This document shows, one piece after another, positions 10,003 through 29,633 of a stretch of DNA of 64,000 bases. The DNA comes from Candidatus Binatia bacterium (GTDB lineage: Bacteria > Chloroflexota > Dormibacteria > Aeolococcales > Aeolococcaceae), in assembly GCA_035624785.1 (NCBI GenBank), contig DASPQV010000042.1, positions 999 to 64,998 of the forward strand. Direction: 5' to 3'. The first letter of the stretch is position 1; every line of letters begins with the position of its first letter. The notes under the pieces were generated by a model. The model was not told the origin of the DNA and did not search any database. It was given only the letters and a program-made list of their open reading frames with translations. The position numbers and the translations under genes were made by a program.

Positions 10003-10827
10003 TCACTTCTTGCGCCGGCGCACGATCATGGCGTCGGTCTTCTTGTTGTGGCGGGTGCGGTAGCCGAGGGCGGGCTTGCCCCATGGGGTCTGCGGATTCC
10101 CGCCCGCCCCGCTGCGGCCCTCGCCGCCACCGTGGGGATGATCAAAGGGGTTCATGGTCATGCCCCTGACCGTGGGGCGCCAGCCCCGCCAGCGGGACTT
10201 GCCCGCCTTGCCGATGTTTTCGTTCTCGTGGTCGACGTTGCCCACCTGCCCCACGGTGGCGAAGCAGCGGACGTCGATACGGCGCACCTCCCCGGAGGGC
10301 ATGCGCACCGTCGCCATGGTGCCCTCGCGGGCGAGCAGCTGGGCCGCGCCCCCGGCGCTGCGAACCAGCTGCCCACCCCGCCCCGGCTGGACCTCCAGGT
10401 TGTGGACGGTGGTGCCCAGCGGGATGGCGGAGAGGGGTAGCGCGTTGCCCGGCTTGATCTCGGCGCCGACGCCGGCACTCACCGTGGCCCCCACGCCGAG
10501 CCCGAGCGGAGCCAGGATGTACCGCTTCTCCCCATCCGCATAGTGGATCAGGGCGATCCGGGCGCTGCGGTTGGGGTCGTACTCGATGGCGGCCACCCGC
10601 CCCAGCACGTCGCGCTTGCTCCGCCGGAAGTCGATGACCCGGTAGAGCTTGGGGTGGCCGCCGCCCCGGTGGCGGACCGTGATCCGGCCGCCGCTGTTGC
10701 GGCCGCTCGCCTTCTTGAGGTGGACGGTGAGGCTGCGCTCGGGGGTGGTCTTGGTGACCTCCTCGAACGAGCTCACCGCCATGAAGCGGCGTCCCGGGCT
10801 GGTCGGCTTGTACTTGTTGACCGGCAT
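10003..10827 (-). CDS. rplB: 50S ribosomal protein L2
   Basis: 274 aa, with [22 protein letters not shown] and [16 protein letters not shown]. Confidence 0.97.
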   Translation of the reverse strand: MPVNKYKPTSPGRRFMAVSSFEEVTKTTPERSLTVHLKKASGRNSGGRITVRHRGGGHPKLYRVIDFRRSKRDVLGRVAAIEYDPNRSARIALIHYADGEKRYILAPLGLGVGATVSAGVGAEIKPGNALPLSAIPLGTTVHNLEVQPGRGGQLVRSAGGAAQLLAREGTMATVRMPSGEVRRIDVRCFATVGQVGNVDHENENIGKAGKSRWRGWRPTVRGMTMNPFDHPHGGGEGRSGAGGNPQTPWGKPALGYRTRHNKKTDAMIVRRRKK

Positions 10828-10830
10828 CGG

Positions 10831-11169
10831 CTAGACCCCCTCGAACAGGCCGGGGATCTTCTGCCCCGGCGCCAGGGTGATCACCGCCTTCTTCCAGCTC
10901 GGACTCCGGCCGCTGAGACGGTTGCCCCGCCCCCGGCGGTACTGCCGGTTGCGGACCTTGCCGTGGATCGTGACCACGTTGACGGCGGTCACGATCAGCT
11001 CCTGCTCCGGGAAGGCCTCCTCGATGGCCCGGCGGATCTCGATCTTGGTGACCCGGGGGGCGCAGGCGAACGTGTACTTGTTCAGCCGGCCCATCGCGCT
11101 GTAGGACTTCTCACTCGAGATCGGCCGCAGGATCACCTGATGGAAGGCTCGTCCCTGGCTCATCCCCAC
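10831..11169 (-). CDS. rplW: 50S ribosomal protein L23
   Basis: VILRPISSEKSYSAMGRLNKYTFACAPRVTKIEIRRAIEEAF. Confidence 0.93.
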   Translation of the reverse strand: MGMSQGRAFHQVILRPISSEKSYSAMGRLNKYTFACAPRVTKIEIRRAIEEAFPEQELIVTAVNVVTIHGKVRNRQYRRGRGNRLSGRSPSWKKAVITLAPGQKIPGLFEGV

Positions 11170-11783
11170 GCCTCCCCGACATGCTCGACCGCGTCCCGGG
11201 TCATGACCACGGTCCGGGCGGTGAGCAGGTCACGCACCGAGAGGTTGCCGGCCATCACGAGGCGCACCTCGGGCAGGTTGCGGGCACTCTTCTCCAGGGC
11301 CTCGTGGTGGCTGCCCAGCACCAGGAGAACCCGGCGGCGAGCCGGGAGCGCCTCGAGGAGGTCGACGACGACCCGGGTCCGGGGCTCCTCCAGGTCAAAC
11401 TCGTCGAGAACCGTGATCTGACCCTCCTGCGCCTTGACGCTCAGGGCGCTGCGCAGCGCCAGGCGGCGCTGCTTGCGCGGCATATCCTGGCGGTGAGAGC
11501 GCGGGGTGGGTCCGAAGACGATGCCTCCGCCCGCGTAGTGAGGCGCCCGGATCGACCCCTGGCGGGCGCGCCCGGTGCCTTTCTGGCGGTACGGTTTGCG
11601 GCCGCCGCCGCTGACCTCGGTGCGGGTCTTGGTGTCATGGGTGCCCTGGCGCTGGTTGGCGAGCTGGCGCAGCAGAGCCTGGTGCATGGCGGCCCGATGA
11701 GGCACGCCACCGAAGGCCCCCTCGGGCAGCTCCAGCTCGCCCCGGCTCTCGCCGGTCAAGCTCACCACGGGTGCGGTGGTCAT
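11160..11783 (-). CDS. rplD: 50S ribosomal protein L4
   Basis: [54 protein letters not shown]. Confidence 0.95.
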   Translation of the reverse strand: MTTAPVVSLTGESRGELELPEGAFGGVPHRAAMHQALLRQLANQRQGTHDTKTRTEVSGGGRKPYRQKGTGRARQGSIRAPHYAGGGIVFGPTPRSHRQDMPRKQRRLALRSALSVKAQEGQITVLDEFDLEEPRTRVVVDLLEALPARRRVLLVLGSHHEALEKSARNLPEVRLVMAGNLSVRDLLTARTVVMTRDAVEHVGEAWG

Positions 11784-12412
11784 CCCAGCGCCCCCGTGCG
11801 CGCGCTGTCCCTCACCAGCACCACCGCGTCACGGTGCCCCGGCACCGCGCCCCGGACCAGGAGCAGGTTGCGTTCGCTGTCGACCCGCACCACCTCGAGG
11901 TTCCGGACCGTCGCCCGGGCGGCCCCGAGGTGGCCCGCCATGCGCAGTCCCCGGAAGACCCGGGCCGCGTCCGTGGAGCCGATCGAGCCGGGCTGCTTGA
12001 TGTTGTGAGAGCCATGGGTCACCGGGCCCCGGCCGAAGTGGTGGCGCTTGTGCTGACCGGCGAAGCCCTTGCCCTGGCTGGTCCCGGTGACGTCGACCCG
12101 CTCCCCGGGGCTGAAGACGTCGACCGAGACCCGCTGCCCTGGGGTCGGGCTGCCGGCATCGCGGACCTCGGCGAGCCGGCCCAGCGACGGAGTCCCAGCT
12201 CGCTTGAAATGGCCGGCCTGGGCCTTGGTGGTCCGGCGACTGGTGCGGAGCCCCAAGCCCAGCTGGACCGCCTCGTAGCCGTCCACGGCGACGCTCTTGA
12301 CCTGCACCACGTGGCAGGAGTCGGCCTCCAGGACGGTGACCGGCACCACGGTGCCGCGCTCCGTGAAGAGCTGGGTCATGCCCACCTTGCGGGCGAGGAT
12401 CCCCTTCGCCAT
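11780..12412 (-). CDS. rplC: 50S ribosomal protein L3
   Basis: MAKGILARKVGMTQLFTERGTVVPVTVLEA...GKGFAGQHKRHHFGRGPVTHGSHNIKQPGSIG. Confidence 0.96.
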   Translation of the reverse strand: MAKGILARKVGMTQLFTERGTVVPVTVLEADSCHVVQVKSVAVDGYEAVQLGLGLRTSRRTTKAQAGHFKRAGTPSLGRLAEVRDAGSPTPGQRVSVDVFSPGERVDVTGTSQGKGFAGQHKRHHFGRGPVTHGSHNIKQPGSIGSTDAARVFRGLRMAGHLGAARATVRNLEVVRVDSERNLLLVRGAVPGHRDAVVLVRDSARTGALG

Positions 12413-12416
12413 CGCC

Positions 12417-12734
12417 TTACCGTTGATCTCCTAGCTTGATCTCGATGTCGACGCCGCTCGGCAGGTTGAGCCGCATCAGAGCGTCGACCACCTTGGGGTT
12501 GGGATCGAGGATGTCGAGGATCCGCTTGTGGGTGCGCATCTCGAACTGCTCCCGCGAGTCCTTGTCGATGAAGGGGGAGCGGACCACGGTCCACTTGCTG
12601 ATCCGGGTGGGCAGCGGTACCGGCCCGGCCACGTGAGCCCCGGTCCGGACCACGGTCTCCACGATCCTCGAGGCCGCCTGGTCGAGGACCCGGTGGTCGT
12701 AGGCCTTGAGCCGGATGCGGATCTTCTGTGCCAT
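12417..12734 (-). CDS. rpsJ: 30S ribosomal protein S10
   Basis: [73 protein letters not shown]. Confidence 0.96.
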   Translation of the reverse strand: MAQKIRIRLKAYDHRVLDQAASRIVETVVRTGAHVAGPVPLPTRISKWTVVRSPFIDKDSREQFEMRTHKRILDILDPNPKVVDALMRLNLPSGVDIEIKLGDQR

Positions 12735-12764
12735 GACGTTGTCCGGTGACTGTCCCCTGGCCCG

Positions 12765-13955
<1,191 letters not shown>

Positions 13956-14013
13956 TGCCTTCTCGGTTCCTCTGCGGGGCGGTGGTCCTTCTTCTTCTCT
14001 GCTTCCGGGTCGA

Positions 14014-16128
14014 TCAGGTCCTGGCCTTGGCGACGATCTCGTCGGCCAGGCTGGAGGGGAGCTGCTGGTAGTGGTCGAACTCCATGGAGTGGGATGCCCG
14101 CCCCTGGGTCATGGAGCGGAGCTCCGTGGCGTAGCCGAACATGGAGGCGAGCGGCACCAGAGCATGCACGATCTGGGTGGTGCCTCGCCCCTCCATGCCC
14201 AGGATGTGGCCCCGCCGCCCGGTCAGGTCGCCCATGACGTCACCCATGAACTCCTCGGGCATGGAGACGTCCACCTTCATGATCGGCTCCAGCAGGGCCG
14301 GCTTGGCCTTGCGCATGCCGTCCTTGAAGCCGATCGAGCCGGCGATCTGGAAGGCCTGCTCGCTGGAATCCACCTCGTGGTAGGAGCCGTCGACCAGGGC
14401 GACCCGGACGTCCACCACCGGATAGCCGGCCAGGACACCGTTGGCCATGGCGTCGGCCACCCCCTTCTCCACCGGCTTCCAGTACTCGCGGGGGACGGTC
14501 CCTCCCACCACCTTGGAGGTGAACTCGAAGCCCTTGCCCGAGGTGTTGGGCTCCAGCTGCAGCTCGACGTGGCCGTACTGGCCGCGGCCTCCGGTCTGGC
14601 GGACGAACCGGCCGGTGCCGTGAGCGGGCGCGGTGATGGTCTCGCGGTAGGCGACCTGGGGCCGGCCGACGTTGGCGTCGACCCGGAACTCTCGGAGCAT
14701 CCGGTCGACGATGATCTCGAGGTGGAGCTCGCCCATCCCCGAGATCACGGTCTGGCCGCTGTCCTCGTCGGTCCGGACCCGGAAGGTGGGGTCCTCGGCG
14801 GCCAGCCGCTGCAGCGCCAGGGCCATCTTGTCCTGGTCGGCCTTGGTCTTGGGCTCGACCGCGACCGAGATCACCGGCTCCGGGAAGACCATCGACTCGA
14901 GGACGATCGGCGCCCGCTCGGCACACAGGGTGTCGCCGGTGGTGGTGCCCTTGAGCCCGATGGCCGCGGCGATGTCGCCGGTCCGCACCTCCTCGATCTC
15001 CTCGCGGTGGTTGGCGTGCATCTGGAGGATCCGGCCGATCCGCTCGCGCTGGCCCCGGGTGGCGTTGAGGACGTAGGAGCCGCTCCGGAGCGTCCCGCTG
15101 TAGACCCGGAAGAAGGTGAGGTTGCCGACGAAGGGATCGTTGGCGATCTTGAACGCCAGGGCCGCGAAGGGCTCCCGGTCGCTGGGCAGCCGCTGCCCCG
15201 GCCGGTCCGAATCGGGCACGTGGCCCTGGATCGCGGGAACGTCCAGGGGTGAGGGCAGGAAATCGACGACGGCGTCGAGCATGGGCTGGACGCCCTTGTT
15301 CTTCAGGGCCGCGCCGCAGAGGACCGGGACCAGCTGGGTCTTGATGGTGCCGATCCTGAGCCCGCGCCGGATGTCGTCGGCGCTGAGCTGCTCACCCTCG
15401 AGGTACCGGGCGAGCAGCTGATCGTCGGTTTCGGCCACCGCCTCCAGGAGCACGTGCCGCCACCTCTCGACCTCCTCTCGCATCGAGGGGGGGATGGCGC
15501 CCCGCTCGCTGGTCGTGCCCAGGTCGTCGAGGTAGGTGATGGTGGTCAGGTTGATGAGATCGACCATGCCCCGGAAGCCGTCCTCGCTGCCGATGGGCAG
15601 CTGGACCGGCACCGGCCGGGCGCCGAGACGCTGCCGGATCGACTCCATCGAGGCGAAGAAGTCTGCCCCCACCCGGTCCATCTTGTTGATCAAGCAGATC
15701 CGGGGGACCCCGTAGCGATCGGCCTGCCTCCAGACGGTCTCGGACTGGGGCTCGACCCCCGCGACAGCGTCGAAGACAGCAACCGCGCCATCCAGGACCC
15801 GCAGGCTTCGCTCGACCTCGACTGTGAAGTCCACGTGCCCGGGCGTATCGATGATGTTGATCCGGTGGCCGCGCCACTCCGCGGCCGTGGCCGCCGAGGT
15901 GATGGTGATGCCGCGCTCCTGCTCCTGGACCATCCAGTCCATGGTGGCAGCCCCCTCGTGGACCTCCCCCATCTTGTGGATGCGCCCGGTGTAGAAGAGG
16001 ATGCGCTCGGTCGTCGTGGTCTTGCCCGCGTCGATGTGGGCCATGATCCCGATGTTCCGGTAGCGCTCCAGGGCGACGGCGCGGCCGGAGACGGCGGTGC
16101 TCATCTTCTGCTCGACAGCTACCGGCAC
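14014..16128 (-). CDS. fusA: elongation factor G
   Basis: 704 aa, [20 protein letters not shown] and five EF-G domains. The GTG start abuts the rpsG stop; an alternative ATG lies 8 codons downstream. Confidence 0.97.
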   Translation of the reverse strand: MPVAVEQKMSTAVSGRAVALERYRNIGIMAHIDAGKTTTTERILFYTGRIHKMGEVHEGAATMDWMVQEQERGITITSAATAAEWRGHRINIIDTPGHVDFTVEVERSLRVLDGAVAVFDAVAGVEPQSETVWRQADRYGVPRICLINKMDRVGADFFASMESIRQRLGARPVPVQLPIGSEDGFRGMVDLINLTTITYLDDLGTTSERGAIPPSMREEVERWRHVLLEAVAETDDQLLARYLEGEQLSADDIRRGLRIGTIKTQLVPVLCGAALKNKGVQPMLDAVVDFLPSPLDVPAIQGHVPDSDRPGQRLPSDREPFAALAFKIANDPFVGNLTFFRVYSGTLRSGSYVLNATRGQRERIGRILQMHANHREEIEEVRTGDIAAAIGLKGTTTGDTLCAERAPIVLESMVFPEPVISVAVEPKTKADQDKMALALQRLAAEDPTFRVRTDEDSGQTVISGMGELHLEIIVDRMLREFRVDANVGRPQVAYRETITAPAHGTGRFVRQTGGRGQYGHVELQLEPNTSGKGFEFTSKVVGGTVPREYWKPVEKGVADAMANGVLAGYPVVDVRVALVDGSYHEVDSSEQAFQIAGSIGFKDGMRKAKPALLEPIMKVDVSMPEEFMGDVMGDLTGRRGHILGMEGRGTTQIVHALVPLASMFGYATELRSMTQGRASHSMEFDHYQQLPSSLADEIVAKART

Positions 16129-16129
16129 G

Positions 16130-16600
16130 TCAGTACCGGAAATGCGAGAAGGCCTTGTTGGACTCGGCCATCTTGTGGGTGTCTTCCTTCCTCTTGACCG
16201 AGGCCCCCACCCCGTTGGCCGCGTCCATCAGCTCGGCAGCCAGCTTGTCGGCCATGCTCCGGCCGCCCCGAGCCCGGGCGTAGCGGATGATCCAGCGCCT
16301 GGCCAGGGCCTGGCGCCGGTCGTGGCGGATCTCGACCGGCACCTGGTAAGTGGCCCCGCCGACCCGCTTGGGCTTGACCTCGATGACCGGCGTCACGTTG
16401 CGCATCGCCTGGTCGAAGATGTCGAGCGGCTCGCGCCGTCCCGACCGCCTGACCTTCTCGAAGGCGTCGTAGACGATCCGCTGGGCCGTCGACTTCTTGC
16501 CCTCGAGCATCACGCAGTTGATGAACTTGGCGAGCGCGGGGCTGCCGTAGATCGGGTCGGGGAGGATGGTGCGTCGCTGGACGCGAGCTCGCCGGGGCAT
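16130..16600 (-). CDS. rpsG: 30S ribosomal protein S7
   Basis: [47 protein letters not shown]. Confidence 0.97.
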   Translation of the reverse strand: MPRRARVQRRTILPDPIYGSPALAKFINCVMLEGKKSTAQRIVYDAFEKVRRSGRREPLDIFDQAMRNVTPVIEVKPKRVGGATYQVPVEIRHDRRQALARRWIIRYARARGGRSMADKLAAELMDAANGVGASVKRKEDTHKMAESNKAFSHFRY

Positions 16601-16606
16601 CTCTGA

Positions 16607-16990
16607 CTACCTGGTCGCGGCCTTCTCGCGCTTGGCGCCGTACTTGCTGCGCCCCTGCTTGCGGTTCTTGGTCCCGGCCGTGTCCAGGGTTCCCCGGATG
16701 ATGTGGTAGCGCACGCCGGGCAGGTCCTTGACCCGGCCGCCCCGGATCAGCACCACCGAGTGCTCCTGGAGGTTGTGGCCGATACCGGGGATGTAGGCGG
16801 TGACCTCAGCCTTGCTGGTCAGGCGGACGCGGGCAACCTTGCGCAGCGCCGAGTTCGGCTTCTTGGGAGTGGTCGTATAGACGCGGACGCATACGCCGCG
16901 CCGTTGCGGCGACCCCCGAAGGGCCGGGGCCTTGGTCTTCCGGGTGACCCGGACGCGGCCCCCGCGGACCAGCTGCTGGATGGTGGGCAC
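16607..16990 (-). CDS. rpsL: 30S ribosomal protein S12
   Basis: [12 protein letters not shown]...[18 protein letters not shown] placed the start at the GTG 16988-16990; the upstream 17 codons of the listed ORF are not S12-like. Confidence 0.95.
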   Translation of the reverse strand: MPTIQQLVRGGRVRVTRKTKAPALRGSPQRRGVCVRVYTTTPKKPNSALRKVARVRLTSKAEVTAYIPGIGHNLQEHSVVLIRGGRVKDLPGVRYHIIRGTLDTAGTKNRKQGRSKYGAKREKAATR

Positions 16991-17068
16991 AGAACTCCGT
17001 CGATACTTGAACAGCGCCCCCGGCGGGGCGCGCGAACACAACGCGGCCGAAAGGACGCGCGACCGAGC

Positions 17069-17098
17069 ATCCTACCAGCGTCCGGGGGCGGGCGTCAA
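17069..17098 (-). promoter_or_regulatory. candidate sigma70-type promoter of the rpsL...map super-operon
   Basis: On the minus strand TTGACG (17093-17098), an 18-nt spacer, then TAGGAT (17069-17074), about 80 nt upstream of the rpsL GTG. It is the only AT-containing hexamer pair in the 150-bp upstream gap. Confidence 0.4.
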
Positions 17099-17100
17099 TT

Positions 17101-17133
17101 CAAAAGGGCTGCGGGCCCGGTTTCGGCCGCCCG
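17101..17133 (-). terminator. candidate intrinsic terminator downstream of rtcB
   Basis: Minus strand reads GCGGGCGGCCGAAACCGGGCCCGCAGCCCTTTTGAA: a GC-rich stem-loop followed by a T-run, 67 nt after the rtcB stop. Confidence 0.4.
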
Positions 17134-17199
17134 CCGCGCCGACGGCCGCTACGTCTCATGGGGCGGCCGACCGCCTCCCGCTCCGGCGGCCCCGCCCCC

Positions 17200-18630
17200 T
17201 CAGCGCCGCCTCGCCCCTCGGGCGTCGGACGCCTTGAGCGAGGCCAGGGGCCGGAGCCGGTGCTCCACCACCGCCAGGCCGGCGGCGACCACGGCGTCGA
17301 CCACCTCCTGGGAGGACTTGTAGGCGGGGCCCGCCTCGTCGATGGGCACCCTGCCGTCGGCGTTGACCAGGATCCCGGCTCGGCGGTAGCGGTCGTCGAT
17401 CTCGCGCTGGCTGAGCTGGCGGACCGCCGCTGAACGGGAGAGCCGCCTGCCCGCCCCGTGGTTGACCGAGTAGCCGCTGGCGGCGGCGCCGGGCAGGGGC
17501 CGGAGGATGAAGGAGAGGTCGAAATTCGACCCCGGGATCAGCACCGGGTGCCCGCTCCCGGCCCACGGGGTCCCGAGCAGCGCCGGATGCCCCGCCGGGA
17601 AGGCCCGGGTGGCCCCCTTGCGGTGGACCTGGACCTCGCCGAGCTCAGGGTGGGTCTCCCGCTGGACCAGGTTGTGGCTGATCTCGTAGACCAGCTCGAG
17701 GGGCGCGCCGAAGGTCTCCCGGAAGGCGGCGGCGACCTCCTCCACGATCACCATCCGGTTGACGATCGCGAAGTTGGCGGCGGCCGCCACCGCGTTCAGA
17801 TAGCCCCGGTAGTGCGGCGACTCCGGGGTGAAGAAGCCGAGATCGAGATCCCGGATCTCCGGCCGCTCCGCCCGGGCGAGGGCGAAGTAGTTGGTGGCCA
17901 GGCCGTGGCCAAAGCCCCGGCTGCCGGTGTGCACCTGGACGAAGAGGGTGCCGGCATCCAGGCTCTCCTGGAGCTCGATGAAGTGGTTGCCGCCCCCCAG
18001 GGAACCCAGCTGGGGAATGCCCCGCTCCGGCCGGCCCGGGCCGCCCCAGGGGATCTGCCAGCCGTCGTCGACAGGGAGGCGGTGGCGTTCGGCCCGATAT
18101 CGGTCGAATCCGCTCCCATACCTCTCGCTGTAGTGCGCAGCCCCGCCCCGGCAGATCGCCTCGAACTCCCGCTCGCCCAGCCGGCGCAGCCGGGTGAGGC
18201 TGGCCTCCCCGGGCCCCATGGCGACCCGGCGGAGCACGGCGCGGTTGAAGGAGAGCCGCCTTTCCGGGGTGGCGGCGGCCGCAGGGACCTCCGACCTGGC
18301 GGAGACCATCCCGCAGCTGATGTCGAAGCCGACTGGCCCCATCGCGACGGCCCCGGTCTCGGCGTCGGTCAGGATCACCGAGCCCACCGGCACCCCATAC
18401 CCGGTGTGGACGTCCGGGGTGATGGCGACCAGCCGGACCCCGGGGAACCGGGTGGCGTTGACGACCTGCGAGTAGACCTCGTCCTCGGCCTCGGCGAGCA
18501 GGGCCGGGGTGAGGAACAGGCGGACCGGCACCGCCCCGGTGTCCTCGGTGGCGAGGTCGTACCAGCCGCCCGGGTTGCGCCGGGCAAGGTCCCGCCAGCG
18601 CTGGGCGTCGGCGAGGCGGGCCGCGGTCAC
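17200..18630 (-). CDS. rtcB: RtcB-family RNA 3'-phosphate ligase
   Basis: 476 aa, with GGGNHFIEL, HRKGATRA and SVNHGAGRR motifs characteristic of RtcB. Confidence 0.85.
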   Translation of the reverse strand: MTAARLADAQRWRDLARRNPGGWYDLATEDTGAVPVRLFLTPALLAEAEDEVYSQVVNATRFPGVRLVAITPDVHTGYGVPVGSVILTDAETGAVAMGPVGFDISCGMVSARSEVPAAAATPERRLSFNRAVLRRVAMGPGEASLTRLRRLGEREFEAICRGGAAHYSERYGSGFDRYRAERHRLPVDDGWQIPWGGPGRPERGIPQLGSLGGGNHFIELQESLDAGTLFVQVHTGSRGFGHGLATNYFALARAERPEIRDLDLGFFTPESPHYRGYLNAVAAAANFAIVNRMVIVEEVAAAFRETFGAPLELVYEISHNLVQRETHPELGEVQVHRKGATRAFPAGHPALLGTPWAGSGHPVLIPGSNFDLSFILRPLPGAAASGYSVNHGAGRRLSRSAAVRQLSQREIDDRYRRAGILVNADGRVPIDEAGPAYKSSQEVVDAVVAAGLAVVEHRLRPLASLKASDARGARRR

Positions 18631-18727
18631 GCCGTCATGATCGGACGAAATCCCAGCTTGGGCTACAAGGGGGCCCGCTCCGTCGGCGGCCTCCGGGCCG
18701 GCCTCCAGGGCGGTCGCGGCGCGGGCC

Positions 18728-19498
18728 TCAGATGAACTTGGGGTAGGTGCTCAACCCGCCGTCCACCACCAGGGTGGTCCCGGTGACGTAGCCGGCCTGG
18801 TCGCTGGCCGCCCAGGCGACGGCGGCGGCGATCTCCTCGGGCTGGCCGAAGCGGCCCAGCGGGATCTCCGCCTCGACCTGGCGCCGGGCCTCAGCATCAT
18901 CGAGCACGGATTCGTTGATCGGGGTGGCGATGGCCCCGGGAGCGACCGCCAGGACGCGGACACCCAGGGGAGCGAGCTCCCGGGCCACCGTCTGGGTCAG
19001 CAGCTTCATGCCGCCCTTGGAGGCGCAGTAGTGGGCGAATCCCGGCCAGGGGATGAACTCGTGGACGGAGCTCATGTTGACGATCACCCCCCGCCGCTGC
19101 GCGGCCATCAGCTTGCCGGCCTCGCGGAGGCAGAGGAACGCGCCGGTCAGGTTGGTGCGGAGCACCGCGTCCCACACCGCGAGGGGCATCTCCAGGGTCG
19201 GCACGCGCTTCTCGATGCCGGCGTTGTTGACCAGGATGTCGAGCCCGCCGAACCGCTCCCCGCACCCGGCGACCATCCGGACCACGTCGGCCTCGCTGCC
19301 GACGTCCGCCTGGACCGAGCAGGCGTCCCTGCCCCCCCGGTGGATCTCGGCGACCACGGCTTCGGCGTCGCCGCGCTCGCGGTCGGAGTAGTAGTTGACG
19401 GCCACGCTCGCGCCCTCGGCGCCGAGGCGAAGAGCCGTCGCCCTGCCGATGCCGCTGGACGCCCCGGTGACCAGCGCTCGCCGTCCTTCAAGGAGCAT
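18728..19498 (-). CDS. short-chain dehydrogenase/reductase (glucose 1-dehydrogenase / FabG-like)
   Basis: ALVTGASSGIGRA Rossmann motif, NNAG, S...YCASK catalytic triad, 256 aa. Confidence 0.85.
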   Translation of the reverse strand: MLLEGRRALVTGASSGIGRATALRLGAEGASVAVNYYSDRERGDAEAVVAEIHRGGRDACSVQADVGSEADVVRMVAGCGERFGGLDILVNNAGIEKRVPTLEMPLAVWDAVLRTNLTGAFLCLREAGKLMAAQRRGVIVNMSSVHEFIPWPGFAHYCASKGGMKLLTQTVARELAPLGVRVLAVAPGAIATPINESVLDDAEARRQVEAEIPLGRFGQPEEIAAAVAWAASDQAGYVTGTTLVVDGGLSTYPKFI

Positions 19499-19826
19499 CT
19501 CGGATCCCCCAGGTGCGGACCACAGCCGGCCGAGCGACCACGAGGGCGCCGGCCGGGCTCACCCCCCATGGTGAGCCGGGGGACGCTGATAGTGAGCCGG
19601 GGACGGGGCAGGGAATCCCCAGCCACCCGGCGCCCTGGTATCCTCACCGGGCTCAAGGACCCATCACGGCCCGCAGCATCTCGCCCGAGACCGCAGGCGG
19701 GGAGACCCTCCCCTCAATCTCCTGCGCAGGTGGGATCGGCCGCCACGGTCCGGCGTCCTCCGGCGCCGGCCGCCCGCCGCTCCTCTCGGGAGGGAGCCGC
19801 GGCGCCCGCAGCACGGGAGGACCAGC

Positions 19827-20411
19827 ATGCCCCAGGCAGCGAGCCCTGCGGAGTCGGCGGAGCGGGCCGGCCCCCGCAAGCGCTCGACCGTCGAGACCCT
19901 GGCCGGGAAGCTCAGCCGGGCCACCACGACGATCGTCACCGACTACCGCGGCCTGACCGTCAAGCAGCTCGAGGAGCTGCGCGGCCAGCTCCGAGCCCAG
20001 GGCATCGAGTACGTGGTGGTCAAGAACACCCTGGCCCGGCGCGCCGCTGGCGACGCCGGGGTGGCCGAGCTGGGCACCGTCCTCAAGGGCCCGGTGGGCC
20101 TGGCCCTGGGCTTCGGTGACCTCTCGCTCCCCGCCCGGCTGCTCGGCGACTACTACCGGCTCAACCGCCGGCTGCCGGTGGTCGCCGGTTTCGTCGAGGG
20201 CCGGGTCCTCGACGCTGGCGGGGTCCAGACCCTCGCCGAGCTCCCCTCCCGTGATGTGCTGCTGGGCCAGCTGGCCGGCACCCTGCAGTCACCCCTGACC
20301 CAGCTTGCCGCGGCCCTCTCCTCGATCCCCTCCACCCTGGCGGCCACCCTGGACGCGTACCGGGAGAAGCTGGAGCAAGGTGGCGGGCCGTCGAGCCCCG
20401 TCGCCGCCTGA
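19827..20411 (+). CDS. rplJ: 50S ribosomal protein L10
   Basis: IVTDYRGLTVKQLEELRGQLRAQGIEYVVVKNTLARRA. N-terminal ~15 aa may be extension. Confidence 0.9.
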   Translation: MPQAASPAESAERAGPRKRSTVETLAGKLSRATTTIVTDYRGLTVKQLEELRGQLRAQGIEYVVVKNTLARRAAGDAGVAELGTVLKGPVGLALGFGDLSLPARLLGDYYRLNRRLPVVAGFVEGRVLDAGGVQTLAELPSRDVLLGQLAGTLQSPLTQLAAALSSIPSTLAATLDAYREKLEQGGGPSSPVAA

Positions 20412-20444
20412 CAGATTGAATCGAGATTAGGAGACACGAGACCA

Positions 20445-20837
20445 ATGGCCATCAAGAGCATCACCCCCGAGGAGTTCGTGGAGGCGCTGCCCAACTGGAC
20501 CGTCCTCGACGTCATCAACGCGGTCAAGCTCATGGAGGAGCGGCTCGGGATCAAGGCCGCCGCACCCGTGGCGGTGGCCGCAGCCCCGGCCGCCGCTCCG
20601 GTAGAGGCCGCCCCGGTCGAGGAGCAGACCGAGTTCACGGTGGTCCTGACCGCCGTCGGCGACGCCAAGATCAACGTCATCAAGGCGGTCCGCGAGATCA
20701 CCGGCCTGGGGCTGAAGGAAGCCAAGGACCTGGTCGACGCCGCCCCCAAAGCAGTTCGCGAGGCCATCCCCCGGGAAGAGGCGGACCAGGTGAAGGCGAA
20801 GCTCGAGGGCGCCGGCGCCAGCGCCGAGATCAGGTAG
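20445..20837 (+). CDS. rplL: 50S ribosomal protein L7/L12
   Basis: [36 protein letters not shown], an Ala/Pro hinge, then [24 protein letters not shown]. Confidence 0.95.
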   Translation: MAIKSITPEEFVEALPNWTVLDVINAVKLMEERLGIKAAAPVAVAAAPAAAPVEAAPVEEQTEFTVVLTAVGDAKINVIKAVREITGLGLKEAKDLVDAAPKAVREAIPREEADQVKAKLEGAGASAEIR

Positions 20838-21121
20838 CCGCCCCGCCCCGCCTCAGCCCCACCCAGCCGCTGCCCCGGCGGGCGGCCCCGGTTTGGGCAG
20901 CGCCCGACCGGGGTACGATGGTTGACCTGGCAACCATGGTCGGCGACCGGGCGGACATCCGTTCGGCGCAGCACAAGCCTGTCTCTTGGGCGCGGGAAAA
21001 CGCTCCCTCGTGGAGCGCGCATGACCACATGCGCGGGAAGCGCCGGCTTTGGTATGCTGTCAGATTGTGCCCGTCGCCGCCGGTGCCCGCGCGTAGCCGC
21101 TTGTCAGGGGAACTCTAGCAC

Positions 21122-24646
<3,525 letters not shown>

Positions 24647-24896
24647 GCCATATGCCGAGCCGCGGAGGTGGTGCTTCGCTGCGGCCCGGACGTCGGAACG
24701 GCTTGACCGCCGTTCCGCGTCCTCTGCTCGGCGCGGTTGCAACCCGCGCCTGCGCAGCGCCTTCGCTCAGCACGCACCTTCGCGTCTCCCCTCCAGCGCG
24801 CACCAGGTCGCCGGTGCCTGGTTACGCTGGTCTCAGCTCGAATGCTCCGGCCGGCGGCAGCGCCGGCATGACGTGCCCACCAGCATGTGAAGGTCA

Positions 24897-29255
<4,359 letters not shown>

Positions 29256-29257
29256 CC

Positions 29258-29284
29258 CATGCGGGGGGCGCTGCCCCCCGCATG
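29258..29284 (+). terminator. perfect 11-bp-stem hairpin immediately after rpoC stop (terminator-like / REP-like)
   Basis: CATGCGGGGGG-CGCTG-CCCCCCGCATG, 3 nt after the TGA. There is no U-tract, so it may be a REP-like element rather than a classic terminator. Confidence 0.4.
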
Positions 29285-29360
29285 ACCCTCCATGCGGGGC
29301 TGCGCCCTCAGCAAAGCACGGCGAGGGCCGCGAACCTCCCTCGGCTGGCCGCGGGGTGGG

Positions 29361-29633
29361 TTACGCCGTCCCGGGGCGGATCACGGTTCGGCGCAGGCTG
29401 GCCTTCCAGTGGACCTGGATCGCCCTCTGCACCTGCAGGTTCGACCACCAGAGCGGGACCTCGGCGAACTGGTCGCGCCGGACGATGAGGCCAGCCCTCA
29501 CCAGACGCCGCCGGACCGGAATCCCGAAGTCGGGACGGTAGAAGAGCTTGTAGGCCAGGTACAGGATCACACAGCCGAGGAGGGGAGCGAGGCCGAGCGC
29601 GCCGTTCATCACCGAGTCACGATAGATCCACAA
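29361..29633 (-). CDS. hypothetical small membrane protein (90 aa)
   Basis: ORF with one clear hydrophobic helix, GALGLAPLLGCVILYLAYKLF, followed by a basic stretch. Convergent with rpoC, downstream of the HAD gene. Confidence 0.35.
   Translation of the reverse strand: MWIYRDSVMNGALGLAPLLGCVILYLAYKLFYRPDFGIPVRRRLVRAGLIVRRDQFAEVPLWWSNLQVQRAIQVHWKASLRRTVIRPGTA

Noticed and set aside
19552-19600. Short direct repeat GTGAGCCGGGG(G)AC x2 upstream of rplJ as an L10-leader autoregulatory structure
   Set aside because: The L10(L12)4-binding leader cannot be validated by eye and the repeat is short (12-13 bp). It is noted but not called.
24647-24896. 250-bp rpoB-rpoC spacer, plus the 20837-21122 and 19499-19826 gaps, inspected for tRNA or small-RNA genes
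   Set aside because: I recognised no tRNA-like T-loop or anticodon-stem signatures (no GTTCRANYC-type motif with matching acceptor stem). The hairpin ATGGTTG-ACCTGG-CAACCAT at ~20940 and the AT-richer TTTGGTATGCTGTCAGATTGTG near 21040 could be an rpoB leader or attenuator, but I could not support a specific call.
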